This document shows positions 18,376 through 27,285 of a DNA stretch of 64,000 nucleotides, in pieces (position 1 is the first letter of the stretch; each line of letters begins with the position of its first letter). The notes beneath the pieces were generated by a model. That model was not told the origin of the DNA and made no database searches. It saw only the letters and a program-made list of their open reading frames with translations. Source of the DNA: Chthoniobacterales bacterium (GTDB taxonomy: Bacteria; Verrucomicrobiota; Verrucomicrobiia; Chthoniobacterales; UBA10450); the NCBI GenBank assembly GCA_038232335.1, contig JBBSIA010000019.1, forward strand, positions 3,131-67,130. Reading direction: 5' to 3'. Position numbers and translations under genes: made by a program.

Positions 18376-19797
18376 ATGGACGCCACCATCCTGATCGTTG
18401 ATGACGAAAAGCACACGCGCGATGGACTGCGGCGGCTGCTTGAAGATGATTACGACGTCTATGTCGCAGGCGACATTGCCGGCGCCATCGATGTGCTCGA
18501 GCGCGATCAGATCGATGTCTTGATTACCGACCTGCGTCTCGGCGGCGAGGACGGCATGACACTGATCGAACGCGCTCTGAAACTGCCGCGGCCGCCAGTT
18601 TGCATCATGATGACTGCCTACGGTTCCGTCGATACCGCGGTCGAGGCGATGAAGCGCGGCGCCTATGACTTTGTCACGAAGCCGTTGAACCTCGATAAAG
18701 TCGAAATCCTGATCGCGCGCGCTCTTGGGAGCCGAAAAATCGAACAGGAAAATCGCACCCTGCGCGAGCAAGTTGATGAACGTTTCGGCCTTGAAAGCCT
18801 GATCGGCGAGTCGCCGGTCTTGCGCGAAGTCCTTGATATGATCCGGCAGGTCGCGCCGTCGTCCGCAAGCGTGTTGATCGATGGCGAAAGCGGCACCGGG
18901 AAGGAACTCGCCGCGCACGCGATTCACAATCTAAGCCGCCGCCACAAAGCGAAATTCGTGACGGTTCACTGCGCGGCGTTGTCGCCGCAGTTACTTGAGA
19001 GCGAGCTCTTCGGTCACGAGCGCGGAGCGTTCACCGGCGCGCACGAGCGGCGGATTGGCCGATTTGAACAAGCGAGCGGCGGCACCATTTTTCTAGATGA
19101 AATCGGCGAGATCGACCAAAGCACCCAGGTCAAGTTATTGCGCGTCATGAGCGAGGACCGCGCCTTTGAACGCGTTGGCGGCAACCAGACTTTGCGCGCC
19201 GACGTGCGTTTGATTGCCGCGACCAACAAAGATCTCGCAGCACTCGTGAAGGGAGGGAAATTTCGCGACGATCTCTACTTTCGGCTCAACGTCGTGCACA
19301 TCACGATGCCTCCGCTGCGCGAGCGGAAAGACGATATTCCACTTCTCGTTCACAGGTTTTTGCGCCACTTCTCGCAGGCAGATGAGAAGCCGCTGCGCGA
19401 ACTCGGCGGCGAGGCGATGAATACGCTGCTGACTTACGACTGGCCCGGAAATGTGCGGGAATTACGCACTGCAATCGAGCACGGCGTCGTGATGGCGACC
19501 GGCCCAAAGATCACAGTGCGAGATCTGCCAATGAACGTTCGCCAAGCAGCAGGCGCGAACCTGCCTGGCGGAATGCCCTCGAAGGCATTCGGTGGCAGAA
19601 CGAGCGGCTTTGACCTTTACGAAACCGAGAAGCGCCTCATCACGCAGGCGTTGGCGACGACGAATGGGAACATCACGGCCGCCGCGAAGAAGCTTGGAAT
19701 CAGCCGGCGCACGTTGCACCGCAAAATCAACGAGATGAACCGGGGAAAGAATGAAGTGCGCAGTGCGAACGGGAAAGGAGCAAACGAGTCTACCTAG
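18376..19797 (+). CDS. Sigma-54-dependent response regulator (NtrC family)
   Basis: REC domain (MDATILIVDDEKHTRDGL...DVLITDLRLGGEDG), AAA+ sigma-54 activator core (GESGTGKELAAHAIH, GAFTGA, ESELFGHERGAFTGA) and a C-terminal Fis-type HTH (NITAAAKKLGISRRTLHRKI). There is no adjacent histidine kinase. Confidence 0.9.
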   Translation: MDATILIVDDEKHTRDGLRRLLEDDYDVYVAGDIAGAIDVLERDQIDVLITDLRLGGEDGMTLIERALKLPRPPVCIMMTAYGSVDTAVEAMKRGAYDFVTKPLNLDKVEILIARALGSRKIEQENRTLREQVDERFGLESLIGESPVLREVLDMIRQVAPSSASVLIDGESGTGKELAAHAIHNLSRRHKAKFVTVHCAALSPQLLESELFGHERGAFTGAHERRIGRFEQASGGTIFLDEIGEIDQSTQVKLLRVMSEDRAFERVGGNQTLRADVRLIAATNKDLAALVKGGKFRDDLYFRLNVVHITMPPLRERKDDIPLLVHRFLRHFSQADEKPLRELGGEAMNTLLTYDWPGNVRELRTAIEHGVVMATGPKITVRDLPMNVRQAAGANLPGGMPSKAFGGRTSGFDLYETEKRLITQALATTNGNITAAAKKLGISRRTLHRKINEMNRGKNEVRSANGKGANEST

Positions 19798-19887
19798 AAG
19801 CTATCTGCAGTGTTGAGAGCTCCTGCGTTGGACATAGTCTTTCTGCGTATCCTTTCAGCTTCCTCTTCGACGGGCAAAATTGCCCGT

Positions 19888-19923
19888 TGGCACAGCCAGG
19901 AATGGCTGTGTGCCAGTTTTTTT
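19888..19923 (+). terminator. Candidate intrinsic terminator (also a family-2 palindrome)
   Basis: TGGCACAGCCAGGAATGGCTGTGTGCCA is followed by GTTTTTTTA. It is preceded by a second hairpin, ACGGGCAAAATTGCCCGT (19870-19887), and lies downstream of the NtrC-family gene. Confidence 0.55.
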
Positions 19924-19987
19924 ATGGTGCTAAGCAATCTCACATGCAGCACTGACGCAGCATCAGTTTACGATTTACGAAGCGCGT

Positions 19988-21412
19988 TTGCGGGGTTTTG
20001 ATGAACCAGTGGCGCCGCAGAAGAAAATTTTTGGCACGGACGGAGTTCGCGGGGTGGCAAATGTCGAGCCAGTGACCGCGGAGACGGCGCTGAAACTTGG
20101 GCGCGCCGCGGCGCATGTGTTCACGCAGCTGAACCCACGTGCGCACGCCGCCGGAACGCGGGCGAAGATCGTGCTCGGGAAAGACACGCGCCTTTCCGGT
20201 TACATGCTGGAGAACGCCTTTGTCGCGGGGATTACGTCACTCGGCGTGGATGTGCTCGTGATCGGACCGTTGCCGACTCCCGGCGTCGCCTACATCACCC
20301 GCTCGTTGCGCGCCGACGCGGGGATCGTGCTCTCCGCTTCGCACAATTCCTACGAAGACAATGGCATTAAATTTTTCCGGCACGACGGCTACAAACTCGA
20401 TGACCAGGTTGAAGATCGGATCGAGCAGCTCGTCTTCACGGGTGAGATCGATTCGGTTCGGCCAACGGCTGGGAACATCGGGCGCGCAAGGCGGATTGAC
20501 GACGCGCTTGGACGTTATGTCGAATTCGCGAAGACGAGTTTTCCGCGCGGCGTGTCGCTCGAGAAAATGAGGATCGCGGTCGATGTCGCAAACGGGGCCG
20601 GATACAAATCGACGCCCTGCATTTTGCGCGAATTGGGCGCCGATCTGACGGTTGCGCACGACGAGCCGAACGGCACAAACATCAATGCCGAGTGCGGCAG
20701 CACGCATCCTGCCGAGATCCAGCGGATTGTGAAAGAAAGCGGAGCCGACGTCGGCATCAGCCATGACGGTGACGCCGATCGCGTCCTGCTTTGCGATGAG
20801 AAGGGAGAGATCGTGGACGGCGACGAAATTCTTGCGATCGCGGCGGTGGATCTTCTGCGCTCGAAACATCTGAAGCAGAACACGCTCGTCGCGACCGTGA
20901 TGAGCAATCTGGGTCTTGACGAAACACTCGCAGAAGCCGGAGGCAAAGTTGTGCGCGCTAAGGTCGGCGATCGCTATGTGCTCGAGGAGATGGTGCAGCG
21001 TGACTTGAACCTCGGCGGCGAACAAAGCGGCCATCTAATTTTTCGCGATTTCACGACCACCGGCGATGGCATCATCAGCGCGCTGCAAATTTTGCGAATC
21101 ATGAAAGCCTCGGACAAACCGTTAAGCGAATTGAAGCGCTGCCTGACCAAATACCCGCAGGCTCAGCGGAACCTGCGCGTGAAGCAGAAAACACCGCTCG
21201 CCGAAATGCCCGACGTGATGACGTTAATCGCTGAAGCGGAGAAGGAACTTTCTGGCAAAGGACGTGTGGTGCTGCGCTATTCGGGCACCGAACCGAAGAT
21301 TCGGCTTTTGATCGAAGGCCGCGAAGTCGCGCAGATCGATCGTCAGGCGAATCAAATCGCTGACGCGATCGAAAAGGCGATTGGTGTAAATCAGGCCGTA
21401 ACGGATGCGTAG
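19988..21412 (+). CDS. glmM: Phosphoglucosamine mutase
   Basis: IFGTDGVRGVANVEPVTAETALKLGRAAAHVF, the active-site SASHNSYEDNGIKFF and DGDADRVLLCDEKGEIVDGD identify it. The start is non-ATG and uncertain: TTG 19988 or GTG 20009. Confidence 0.93.
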   Translation: MRGFDEPVAPQKKIFGTDGVRGVANVEPVTAETALKLGRAAAHVFTQLNPRAHAAGTRAKIVLGKDTRLSGYMLENAFVAGITSLGVDVLVIGPLPTPGVAYITRSLRADAGIVLSASHNSYEDNGIKFFRHDGYKLDDQVEDRIEQLVFTGEIDSVRPTAGNIGRARRIDDALGRYVEFAKTSFPRGVSLEKMRIAVDVANGAGYKSTPCILRELGADLTVAHDEPNGTNINAECGSTHPAEIQRIVKESGADVGISHDGDADRVLLCDEKGEIVDGDEILAIAAVDLLRSKHLKQNTLVATVMSNLGLDETLAEAGGKVVRAKVGDRYVLEEMVQRDLNLGGEQSGHLIFRDFTTTGDGIISALQILRIMKASDKPLSELKRCLTKYPQAQRNLRVKQKTPLAEMPDVMTLIAEAEKELSGKGRVVLRYSGTEPKIRLLIEGREVAQIDRQANQIADAIEKAIGVNQAVTDA

Positions 21413-21428
21413 CAACGACCGCGCTTTC

Positions 21429-21506
21429 AAAGCCGGAAATGAGGAAAGGGAAAGAGGCCAATAAAAGCTTCGCTGGTTCTTTGGATTCTTTCCTCATTTC
21501 CTGATT
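21429..21506. repeat. Short inverted-repeat element (GGAAATGAGGAAAG / CTTTCCTCATTTCC)
   Basis: AAAGCCGGAAATGAGGAAAG (21429-21448) pairs with GGATTCTTTCCTCATTTCCTGATT (21483-21506). It lies immediately after the glmM stop and shares its ends with the 400-bp element at 21621-22020. Confidence 0.6.
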
Positions 21507-21620
21507 AAAATTTATGAGCGTAGAATGGCTCGAGCGGCACCAGTCAGCGGGCAGTCCGCGCCTCCCAGCCGATCGTCAAGCGAATGAAACTCTCTGACCG
21601 GTCGAAAGGCGATTGGGATT

Positions 21621-22020
21621 AATCAGGAAAGCCGGAAATGAGGAAAGCGAAATGAGACTAAAGCGTGTTGTGCACTTCGAAAGCCGGGAAGGATTGATGT
21701 AGGCGGCTGGACGTGCGCTGTCTTAGCGCATCCTTCCCTAAAGGTGCGCCGGCATGCGGGCATCCGCACAGACAGCCCCGAAAGCGTTCGGGGCTACAAC
21801 CCGCAGGAGTTACGGAGAGCGGATCGATATGTGGAGACCGAATGGAGGTCTCATCGAGAGACAAAGAAGCGTAGCCGGTGGTGAAGCGAAGCCGAGTCAG
21901 TGAACCGGCTCGTTTCCCGGAGGGCCGCCTCCAGCGTTCTCACCCCAAAGTGCATGACACGCTCTAACAACGAGACCGGAAGTTCTGAGGATTCTTTCCT
22001 CATTTCCTACTTTCCTGATT
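21621..22020. mobile_element. MITE-like non-coding element with 27-bp terminal inverted repeats
   Basis: The left end is AATCAGGAAAGCCGGAAATGAGGAAAG (21621-21647). The right end is CTTTCCTCATTTCCTACTTTCCTGATT (21994-22020), whose reverse complement AATCAGGAAAGTAGGAAATGAGGAAAG matches at 25 of 27 positions. The ~345-bp interior is full of hairpins and has no credible ORF. No target-site duplication is evident. Confidence 0.45.
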
Positions 22021-22148
22021 CAAATTCTGGAGCTCGCACCACTTCCGGCGGTGCCGAGTGGAGCATTGACCGCTCGCCATTTCAGGGTAAGAAATTCGCA
22101 ATGATATGGGAGGCTACTGCGCTTCCCATTTCGACCTGAGGAGTACCC

Positions 22149-22754
22149 ATGAAAAAATGGTTCTTTGATGCCGATTATCTGCAGACCTGTAACTGCGATT
22201 ACGGATGTCCATGCGAGTTTTCCGCGCCGCCGACGACCGGTTTTTGCGAGGGTCTCGGTGTGTGGCGAATAGAGCGAGGAAAATACGATGATCTGTCGCT
22301 GGACGATCTCGGCCTCGGATTCGCGGCAAAGTGGCCGAAGGCAATTCACGAGGGCAACGGCACGGTCTGTCTTTTCGTGGATGAGAAAGCGTCACCGGAA
22401 CAACGTGCGGCTTTGCTGGAAATCGGGTCCGGCCAGGCTGGAGGGCTGCCCTTCGAAATCCTTGCGACCACTTTCAGCACGCTGCTGGAGCCGCATTTTG
22501 TTCCCTTCGAATTCAAGCTCGACGGTCTCCGCAGCTCAGCGCGGCTGGGCGACGACGTTCGGATCGCGCTTGAGCCGATCAAAAATCCGGTGACGAGCAA
22601 CGATGAACAGGTCGTCGTAAATCATGGCACCGGTTTTATTTTCCAGAGCGCCGAGTGCGCCTCCGCGCGCGAAGGGGCGGTAACGATCGACGAGATGAAG
22701 TTCTCCTACCCGGACAAGGCCGGCTTCGTCGCACGAGTCCACTACGGAAACTGA
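22149..22754 (+). CDS. DUF1326 domain protein
   Basis: MKKWFFDADYLQTCNCDYGCPCEFSAPPTTGFCEGLGVWRIERGKYDD shows the characteristic Cys-rich N-terminus of DUF1326. Confidence 0.8.
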   Translation: MKKWFFDADYLQTCNCDYGCPCEFSAPPTTGFCEGLGVWRIERGKYDDLSLDDLGLGFAAKWPKAIHEGNGTVCLFVDEKASPEQRAALLEIGSGQAGGLPFEILATTFSTLLEPHFVPFEFKLDGLRSSARLGDDVRIALEPIKNPVTSNDEQVVVNHGTGFIFQSAECASAREGAVTIDEMKFSYPDKAGFVARVHYGN

Positions 22755-22764
22755 AACACGCCCG

Positions 22765-23562
22765 ATGAGCGCGCCTCCTTCGCTCGTTAAGCGCGACCGC
22801 TGGATCGTCGGCGCCGGGGTCGCGGCGGTCGCGGCGCTCGCCTGGGCTTACATGCTGAAGGACGCGCGACACATGCAAGACCCTGGCTCGGGCGCGTCCA
22901 TGGGCATGACAATGGCTGGCCCGGAGCCGGCCGGCTGGTCTGTGGGTTCCTTGCTGCCTCTTTTTCTCATGTGGTCGGTCATGATGCTGGCGATGATGTT
23001 GCCAAGCGCGACTCCGATGATTCTGACTTTCGCGAGCGTCAGCCGAAACCGGCGGCGTCAGCAACGACCGTATACGCCCGTCGCCGTTTTCGTCTCCGGC
23101 TACATCGTAGTCTGGTGCGGATTCAGCGCGCTCGCCGCGTGGAGTCAATGGATGCTCCATCGCGCGGCGCTGCTCTCTCCGGCGATGGCGAGCACGAGCG
23201 CCGTGCTGGGAGGGGTGATGTTGTTAGGCGCGGGCCTGTTTCAGTTCACGCCCTTCAAACGCAGCTGCCTCACGCACTGCCGCGCTCCGCTCGAATTCAT
23301 CATCACCCGATGGCGGGAAGGAGCGGGTGGCGCGTTTTGGATGGGCGTGGAGCATGGCGCGTTCTGCACCGGATGTTGCTGGGCGCTGATGTGCCTGCTT
23401 TTCGTCGTGGGCGTGATGAATATCGTGTGGATTGCAGCCTTGACGTTGCTCGTTGCTCTTGAAAAAATTACCCCCCACGGCAGGTGGATGAGTATGGCGA
23501 CGGGAGCGTGTCTGACCGTGTGGGGCATCGCGGTGATCACCGGCCTGGTTCACACAAAATAG
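22765..23562 (+). CDS. DUF2182 membrane protein (usual partner of DUF1326)
   Basis: Polytopic protein with MWSVMMLAMMLPSATPMILTF and CLTHCRAPLEFIITRW...GAFCTGCCWALM. Pairing with DUF1326 is a well-known co-occurrence. Confidence 0.8.
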   Translation: MSAPPSLVKRDRWIVGAGVAAVAALAWAYMLKDARHMQDPGSGASMGMTMAGPEPAGWSVGSLLPLFLMWSVMMLAMMLPSATPMILTFASVSRNRRRQQRPYTPVAVFVSGYIVVWCGFSALAAWSQWMLHRAALLSPAMASTSAVLGGVMLLGAGLFQFTPFKRSCLTHCRAPLEFIITRWREGAGGAFWMGVEHGAFCTGCCWALMCLLFVVGVMNIVWIAALTLLVALEKITPHGRWMSMATGACLTVWGIAVITGLVHTK

Positions 23563-23622
23563 GCAGTCTTGCGAAACGTGAGCACGGCGGAATTCTGGGT
23601 TCTTCTTTGAAATTGCGCAGCG

Positions 23623-24699
23623 ATGGAGACTGTAAGCCGACGAGGAGAGCGATTGCGACGTGCTCAGTCGATTGACGGGTTCGGCGGTTTCTTGCCTTGG
23701 AGGAATCTCCTCGTACGATGGACCAAATACGTAAATCTCGGTCGCACCGGCTTGAAAGTCTCGCGGCTCTGTCTCGGCACGATGACATACGGATCGAGCA
23801 AGTGGCGCGAATGGGTGCTCGACGAAGCCGAGAGCCGGCCATTTCTTCAGCGCGCTCTGGAGGCAGGCATCAACTTCTTCGACACCGCGGACATGTACTC
23901 GTTAGGCGCGAGCGAGGAGGTGCTCGGCCGCGCCCTGAACGATTCTGGGCCGGGACGCGACCGCGTCGTGATTGCCACCAAGGTTTTCTTTCCCTTAGGC
24001 GACGATCCAAACCAGCAGGGCCTGTCGCGCAAGCACATCATGCACGCGATCGACGACAGCTTGCGGCGGCTCGGGACCGATTACGTGGATCTCTACCAGA
24101 TTCATCGCTTCGATTCGGACACCCCGATCGAGGAAACGATCGAGGCCTTGCACGACGTCGTGCGCTCCGGGAAGGCACGCTATCTCGGCGCGTCGTCAAT
24201 GTATGCCTGGCAGTTCAGCAAAATGCTGGCAGTCGCGGAGCAGCGACGCTGGAGCCGGTTCGTGACGATGCAGAACCACTACAATCTGATTTATCGGGAA
24301 GAAGAGCGGGAGATGATTCCGCTCTGCCTGTCGGAAGGAATCGGTTTGCTGCCGTGGAGTCCGCTCGCACGCGGGCTGCTCGCCGGGAGCCGAAAAAATC
24401 AGACGGTGCGCGCGAGAACCGATAAGTACAGCAAAATGGTTTATGGCGAAGAGACCAATGCAGCTGATGGGCGAGTGATCGATGCGGTGGAAAAGCTCGC
24501 CGCATCGCGCGGCGTGCCTCCGGCGCAAATCGCGCTGGCGTGGCTGCTACACCAACCCGGAGTCGTCTCGCCGATCGTGGGCGCGTCGAAGCCGCATCAT
24601 CTCGATGACGCGATCGTGGCCTTATCGCTGAAGCTTTCGGCTGAAGAGATTTCCGCCCTCGAGCAGCCGTACGTGCCGCACCCGATTGCGGCCCACTGA
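23623..24699 (+). CDS. Aldo/keto reductase
   Basis: KYVNLGRTGLKVSRLCLGTMTYG, FFDTADMYSLGASEEVLGRAL, DLYQIHRFD, and LLPWSPLARGLLAG fit the family. The true start is probably downstream of the track ATG, for example the in-frame TTG at 23692. Confidence 0.88.
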   Translation: METVSRRGERLRRAQSIDGFGGFLPWRNLLVRWTKYVNLGRTGLKVSRLCLGTMTYGSSKWREWVLDEAESRPFLQRALEAGINFFDTADMYSLGASEEVLGRALNDSGPGRDRVVIATKVFFPLGDDPNQQGLSRKHIMHAIDDSLRRLGTDYVDLYQIHRFDSDTPIEETIEALHDVVRSGKARYLGASSMYAWQFSKMLAVAEQRRWSRFVTMQNHYNLIYREEEREMIPLCLSEGIGLLPWSPLARGLLAGSRKNQTVRARTDKYSKMVYGEETNAADGRVIDAVEKLAASRGVPPAQIALAWLLHQPGVVSPIVGASKPHHLDDAIVALSLKLSAEEISALEQPYVPHPIAAH

Positions 24700-24757
24700 T
24701 TTCGCGCGATTGGCTGGATGGAGCGGTAGATTCCCGCTTCGAAGTGCGCGCTCGCGC

Positions 24758-25786
24758 CTAGAACAGTGCGAGCGATTTGCCCTCGCGATGTTCGACCTGA
24801 TTCAACGTGCATTGGCGCGGCGCTTTGTCGGGTCGCCAACGCAGGATCTTGGTGCCATGGCGAAAACGTCCGCCGGTAAAATGATCATACGTGATTTCGA
24901 CAACAGTTACCGGATCAACCGGCTCCCATTCGCCGCTGCGTTCGGTGCTCCAACGGCTCGGTCCGCCGGGAGCATTGCCGGTAAAGCCGGGCGCTTTCCG
25001 CAGCGCTTCGAACTTCTCTGTTAGCTCGCGACGTTGACTGCTTTTGAAAGCGGAAGTGAAACCAACGTGGTGCAGCAGTCCATCGCCATCATACAACCCG
25101 AGGAGCAGCGAACCAATCACGCGCGCGCCTGACGCGTAACGAAATCCGCCGATGACGCAATCGGCGCTTCGAATTTGCTTTACCTTCACCATCGCGGTGC
25201 GCTCACCCGCTGCATAAGCAGCATCGATTTGTTTTGCGATAATTCCATCGAGGTTGCCACCGACTCTCGCGAACCACTTTTTCGCTGTCGCGAGCTGCGC
25301 CGTTGCAGGAGAAAGACGAATTGCAGGGTTTGCGCCGAAGTTTTTCTCCGCAAAACGCTCCAGCAACGACCTTCGGCGAAGAAGAGGAAGTTCAAGCAGC
25401 GATTTGCCATCCTCGTCGGCCAGGAGATCGAACGCGATCAGCATCGCCGGATGCGCAGCGGCGAGTTTTCGCACCCGACTAGCCGCAGGGTGCAGGCGCA
25501 GTTGCAGTTCGTCGAACGAGAATGCACCGCTGATCGGGATCACCAATTCGCCATCGAGAACGAACTGTTTGGCTTTCACTCCGGCGAGAGCTTCCGCCGC
25601 GTCGGGGAAGTAGCGAGCGAGCGGCTGACCCGCTTTGGATTGCAAAAAGACATCGTCGCCATCGCGGAATGCAATGCAACGGAATCCATCCCATTTCGGC
25701 TCGTATTGCCATCCGTCGTCCGCTGGAATTTGATCGACCGAACGCGCTTCCATCGGCGCAAGCGGGGGAGTCAATTGCAGCTTCAT
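24758..25786 (-). CDS. ATP-dependent DNA ligase (stand-alone ligase domain)
   Basis: WQYEPKWDGFRCIAFRDGDDVFLQSKAGQPLARYFPD contains the KxDG adenylation motif. FVLDGELV and an OB-fold C-terminus (RFRHGTKILRWRPDK) follow. No polymerase or phosphoesterase domains are present. Confidence 0.88.
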   Translation of the reverse strand: MKLQLTPPLAPMEARSVDQIPADDGWQYEPKWDGFRCIAFRDGDDVFLQSKAGQPLARYFPDAAEALAGVKAKQFVLDGELVIPISGAFSFDELQLRLHPAASRVRKLAAAHPAMLIAFDLLADEDGKSLLELPLLRRRSLLERFAEKNFGANPAIRLSPATAQLATAKKWFARVGGNLDGIIAKQIDAAYAAGERTAMVKVKQIRSADCVIGGFRYASGARVIGSLLLGLYDGDGLLHHVGFTSAFKSSQRRELTEKFEALRKAPGFTGNAPGGPSRWSTERSGEWEPVDPVTVVEITYDHFTGGRFRHGTKILRWRPDKAPRQCTLNQVEHREGKSLALF

Positions 25787-25976
25787 GCAGACTCTGAATA
25801 GGTGTTACATTCGCGAACGTCGACCTATTCATCCCTACCGGGCTCAGTGTAGCGCCCCGTCGCTCTACAGGAGTTTCCAACCTTGGCAAAGCTTGCGACT
25901 GCTCTCGAGAGCGGATGATCTTGATGCGCCACACCTATATAATGACTGGGTGTTTGTAGATCGCGGGTGTTCTGAT

Positions 25977-26279
25977 TCATTTCGACGGCGCAACCGAGGC
26001 TTCGAAGCCCTGCACGCGGGCTGCGGCTGCTTGTTTCATGTCATTCGTAAGCAGGCGCAATCCCAGCTCCGCCATCGTCGCCAAATGCAGCCGGTCGAGA
26101 GTTCGGTAATGCAACCTTCTCTCGGCATCGTGCTGCTAGATTGCTCGCCGGAAAACGGCCCCGGAAGGTTGCGGAACTCAACGGCGCAGTTTCGCGGAGG
26201 AGGCCAGCACCCCGCGGAATTCTTCATACTGCGCCTTAGTGGGCCGCTGGCGCAGATCGCGGACAGTAACGGTTTTCAT
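25977..26279 (-). pseudogene. Decayed vapBC-like toxin-antitoxin remnant
   Basis: Own translation of one 101-codon frame: MKTVTVRDLRQRPTKAQYEEFRGVLASSAKLRR * VPQPSGAVFRRAI * QHDAERRLHYRTLDRLHLATMAELGLRLLTNDMKQAAAARVQGFEASVAPSK *. The N-terminus resembles a Phd/VapB-type antitoxin start. The C-terminus resembles the end of a PIN (VapC) domain (TLDalHLAta.elg..l.T.D..l..aA). It has two internal stops and is far too short for two genes. Confidence 0.35.
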
Positions 26280-26440
26280 GCGGTCAGGCTAACATTTCAC
26301 ACCTGCGACAATCGCAGCCTTCTAAACCTTATTGCGAACGCGACGTCGACAGCGTTAACCGACGCCGGATTCGCCAGCAGACACAAACAGATGGCGTATC
26401 ATTCGGAAACAACTGCTGAGAGCCCTTCACCGAAAATCAT

Positions 26441-26905
26441 ATGACTGAACCTTCCAACATCGCCGCACCCAATCTCACCCAGCGTCCACCACGCAGTCCG
26501 CGCTGCCGTCTCGGCGGTTATGTCACTTTGCCGCGCATGCTCGACAAAGGCCGCGCCGACGTCGCGGGCACGATCGGGCAGTTCAAATACGACGCACCGC
26601 TCGACCAACACATCATCAACTTCCTCTGCCTCGATGTTGCGGGATTGCGCGCGCAACTCGCCGCGGGCAAGGGCGACGGAGAAATTCTCGAGTGGCTCAA
26701 GGGCAATTCAAAGAACAAGCACACTCCCTGGGAAATCGAGCAATGGAGTGAGTTCATGCTGCGGCGGGGACCCGATAGCGATGCGGAGACGCTAGGATTC
26801 TTTCTGGAGCGCCTCGGTTCGTTTTCGAAAACGCGCGAGGACATCCAGACTTGGTTTGATTTGCTCGATCTCGATGATCTCGTGACCTTCGGCGGGAAAC
26901 CGTAA
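26441..26905 (+). CDS. DUF5069 domain protein
   Basis: PRSPRCRLGGYVTLPRMLDKGRADVAGTIGQFKYDAPLDQHIINFL...EILEWLKGNSKNKHTPWEIEQWSEFM fits the family. Confidence 0.75.
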   Translation: MTEPSNIAAPNLTQRPPRSPRCRLGGYVTLPRMLDKGRADVAGTIGQFKYDAPLDQHIINFLCLDVAGLRAQLAAGKGDGEILEWLKGNSKNKHTPWEIEQWSEFMLRRGPDSDAETLGFFLERLGSFSKTREDIQTWFDLLDLDDLVTFGGKP

Positions 26906-27010
26906 TCACGCCCAAAGCGGATCGGCTCGAATGAAATCACCCGCTGGAGGATCGCCTCGGCTGACGAATCTCTCACGGCCTATGGCACGGTGTAAACTTC
27001 GATCAGACCT

Positions 27011-27130
27011 ATGCCTGTTCTTTGCCCTTGGAACACAGGCATGTGCCTGTGCGGCCGGCGGACATGCTGTCCGCAGATTCCGGTGGGGCAGCCTGAAAGG
27101 CCGCCGGCCGCACAGACTGAAAAGTCTGTG
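27011..27130 (+). repeat. Cluster of nested and overlapping GC-rich hairpins between DUF5069 and korA
   Basis: ATGCCTGT...ACAGGCAT (27011-27042). GCGGCCGGCGG...CCGCCGGCCGC (27051-27111). GCGGACAtgcTGTCCGC (27058-27074) overlaps the left arm of that stem. GGCAGCCtgaaaGGCCGCC (27087-27105) overlaps its right arm. CACAGACTgaaaAGTCTGTG (27111-27130). Confidence 0.5.
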
Positions 27131-27285
27131 TTCCGCCCGCAGTCTCACTGCGTCCGCCCGCTGTCGCCACAAACAGACACACCGAGAAAGCGCCCATGGC
27201 GCGCGGAAACCAAAGCGTCGATTTGCGCTGGTAAACCTCAGGAGATTGTCTGAGATTCACGGCTGTAGCATGTAATCTCTCCCGC

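Noticed and set aside
20237-21034. 265-aa minus-strand ORF inside glmM. The same class includes 3639..4148, 14092..14568, 15821..16351, 18343..18927, 25175..25801, 29013..29600, 29634..30230, 42034..42843 and 51175..51897.
   Set aside because: Each overlaps a gene with strong family signatures on the other strand, and none has recognisable sequence of its own.
25785-26444. 219-aa plus-strand ORF filling the ligase to DUF5069 gap.
   Set aside because: The composition looks non-coding. The minus strand holds the vapBC-like remnant, which explains the region better.
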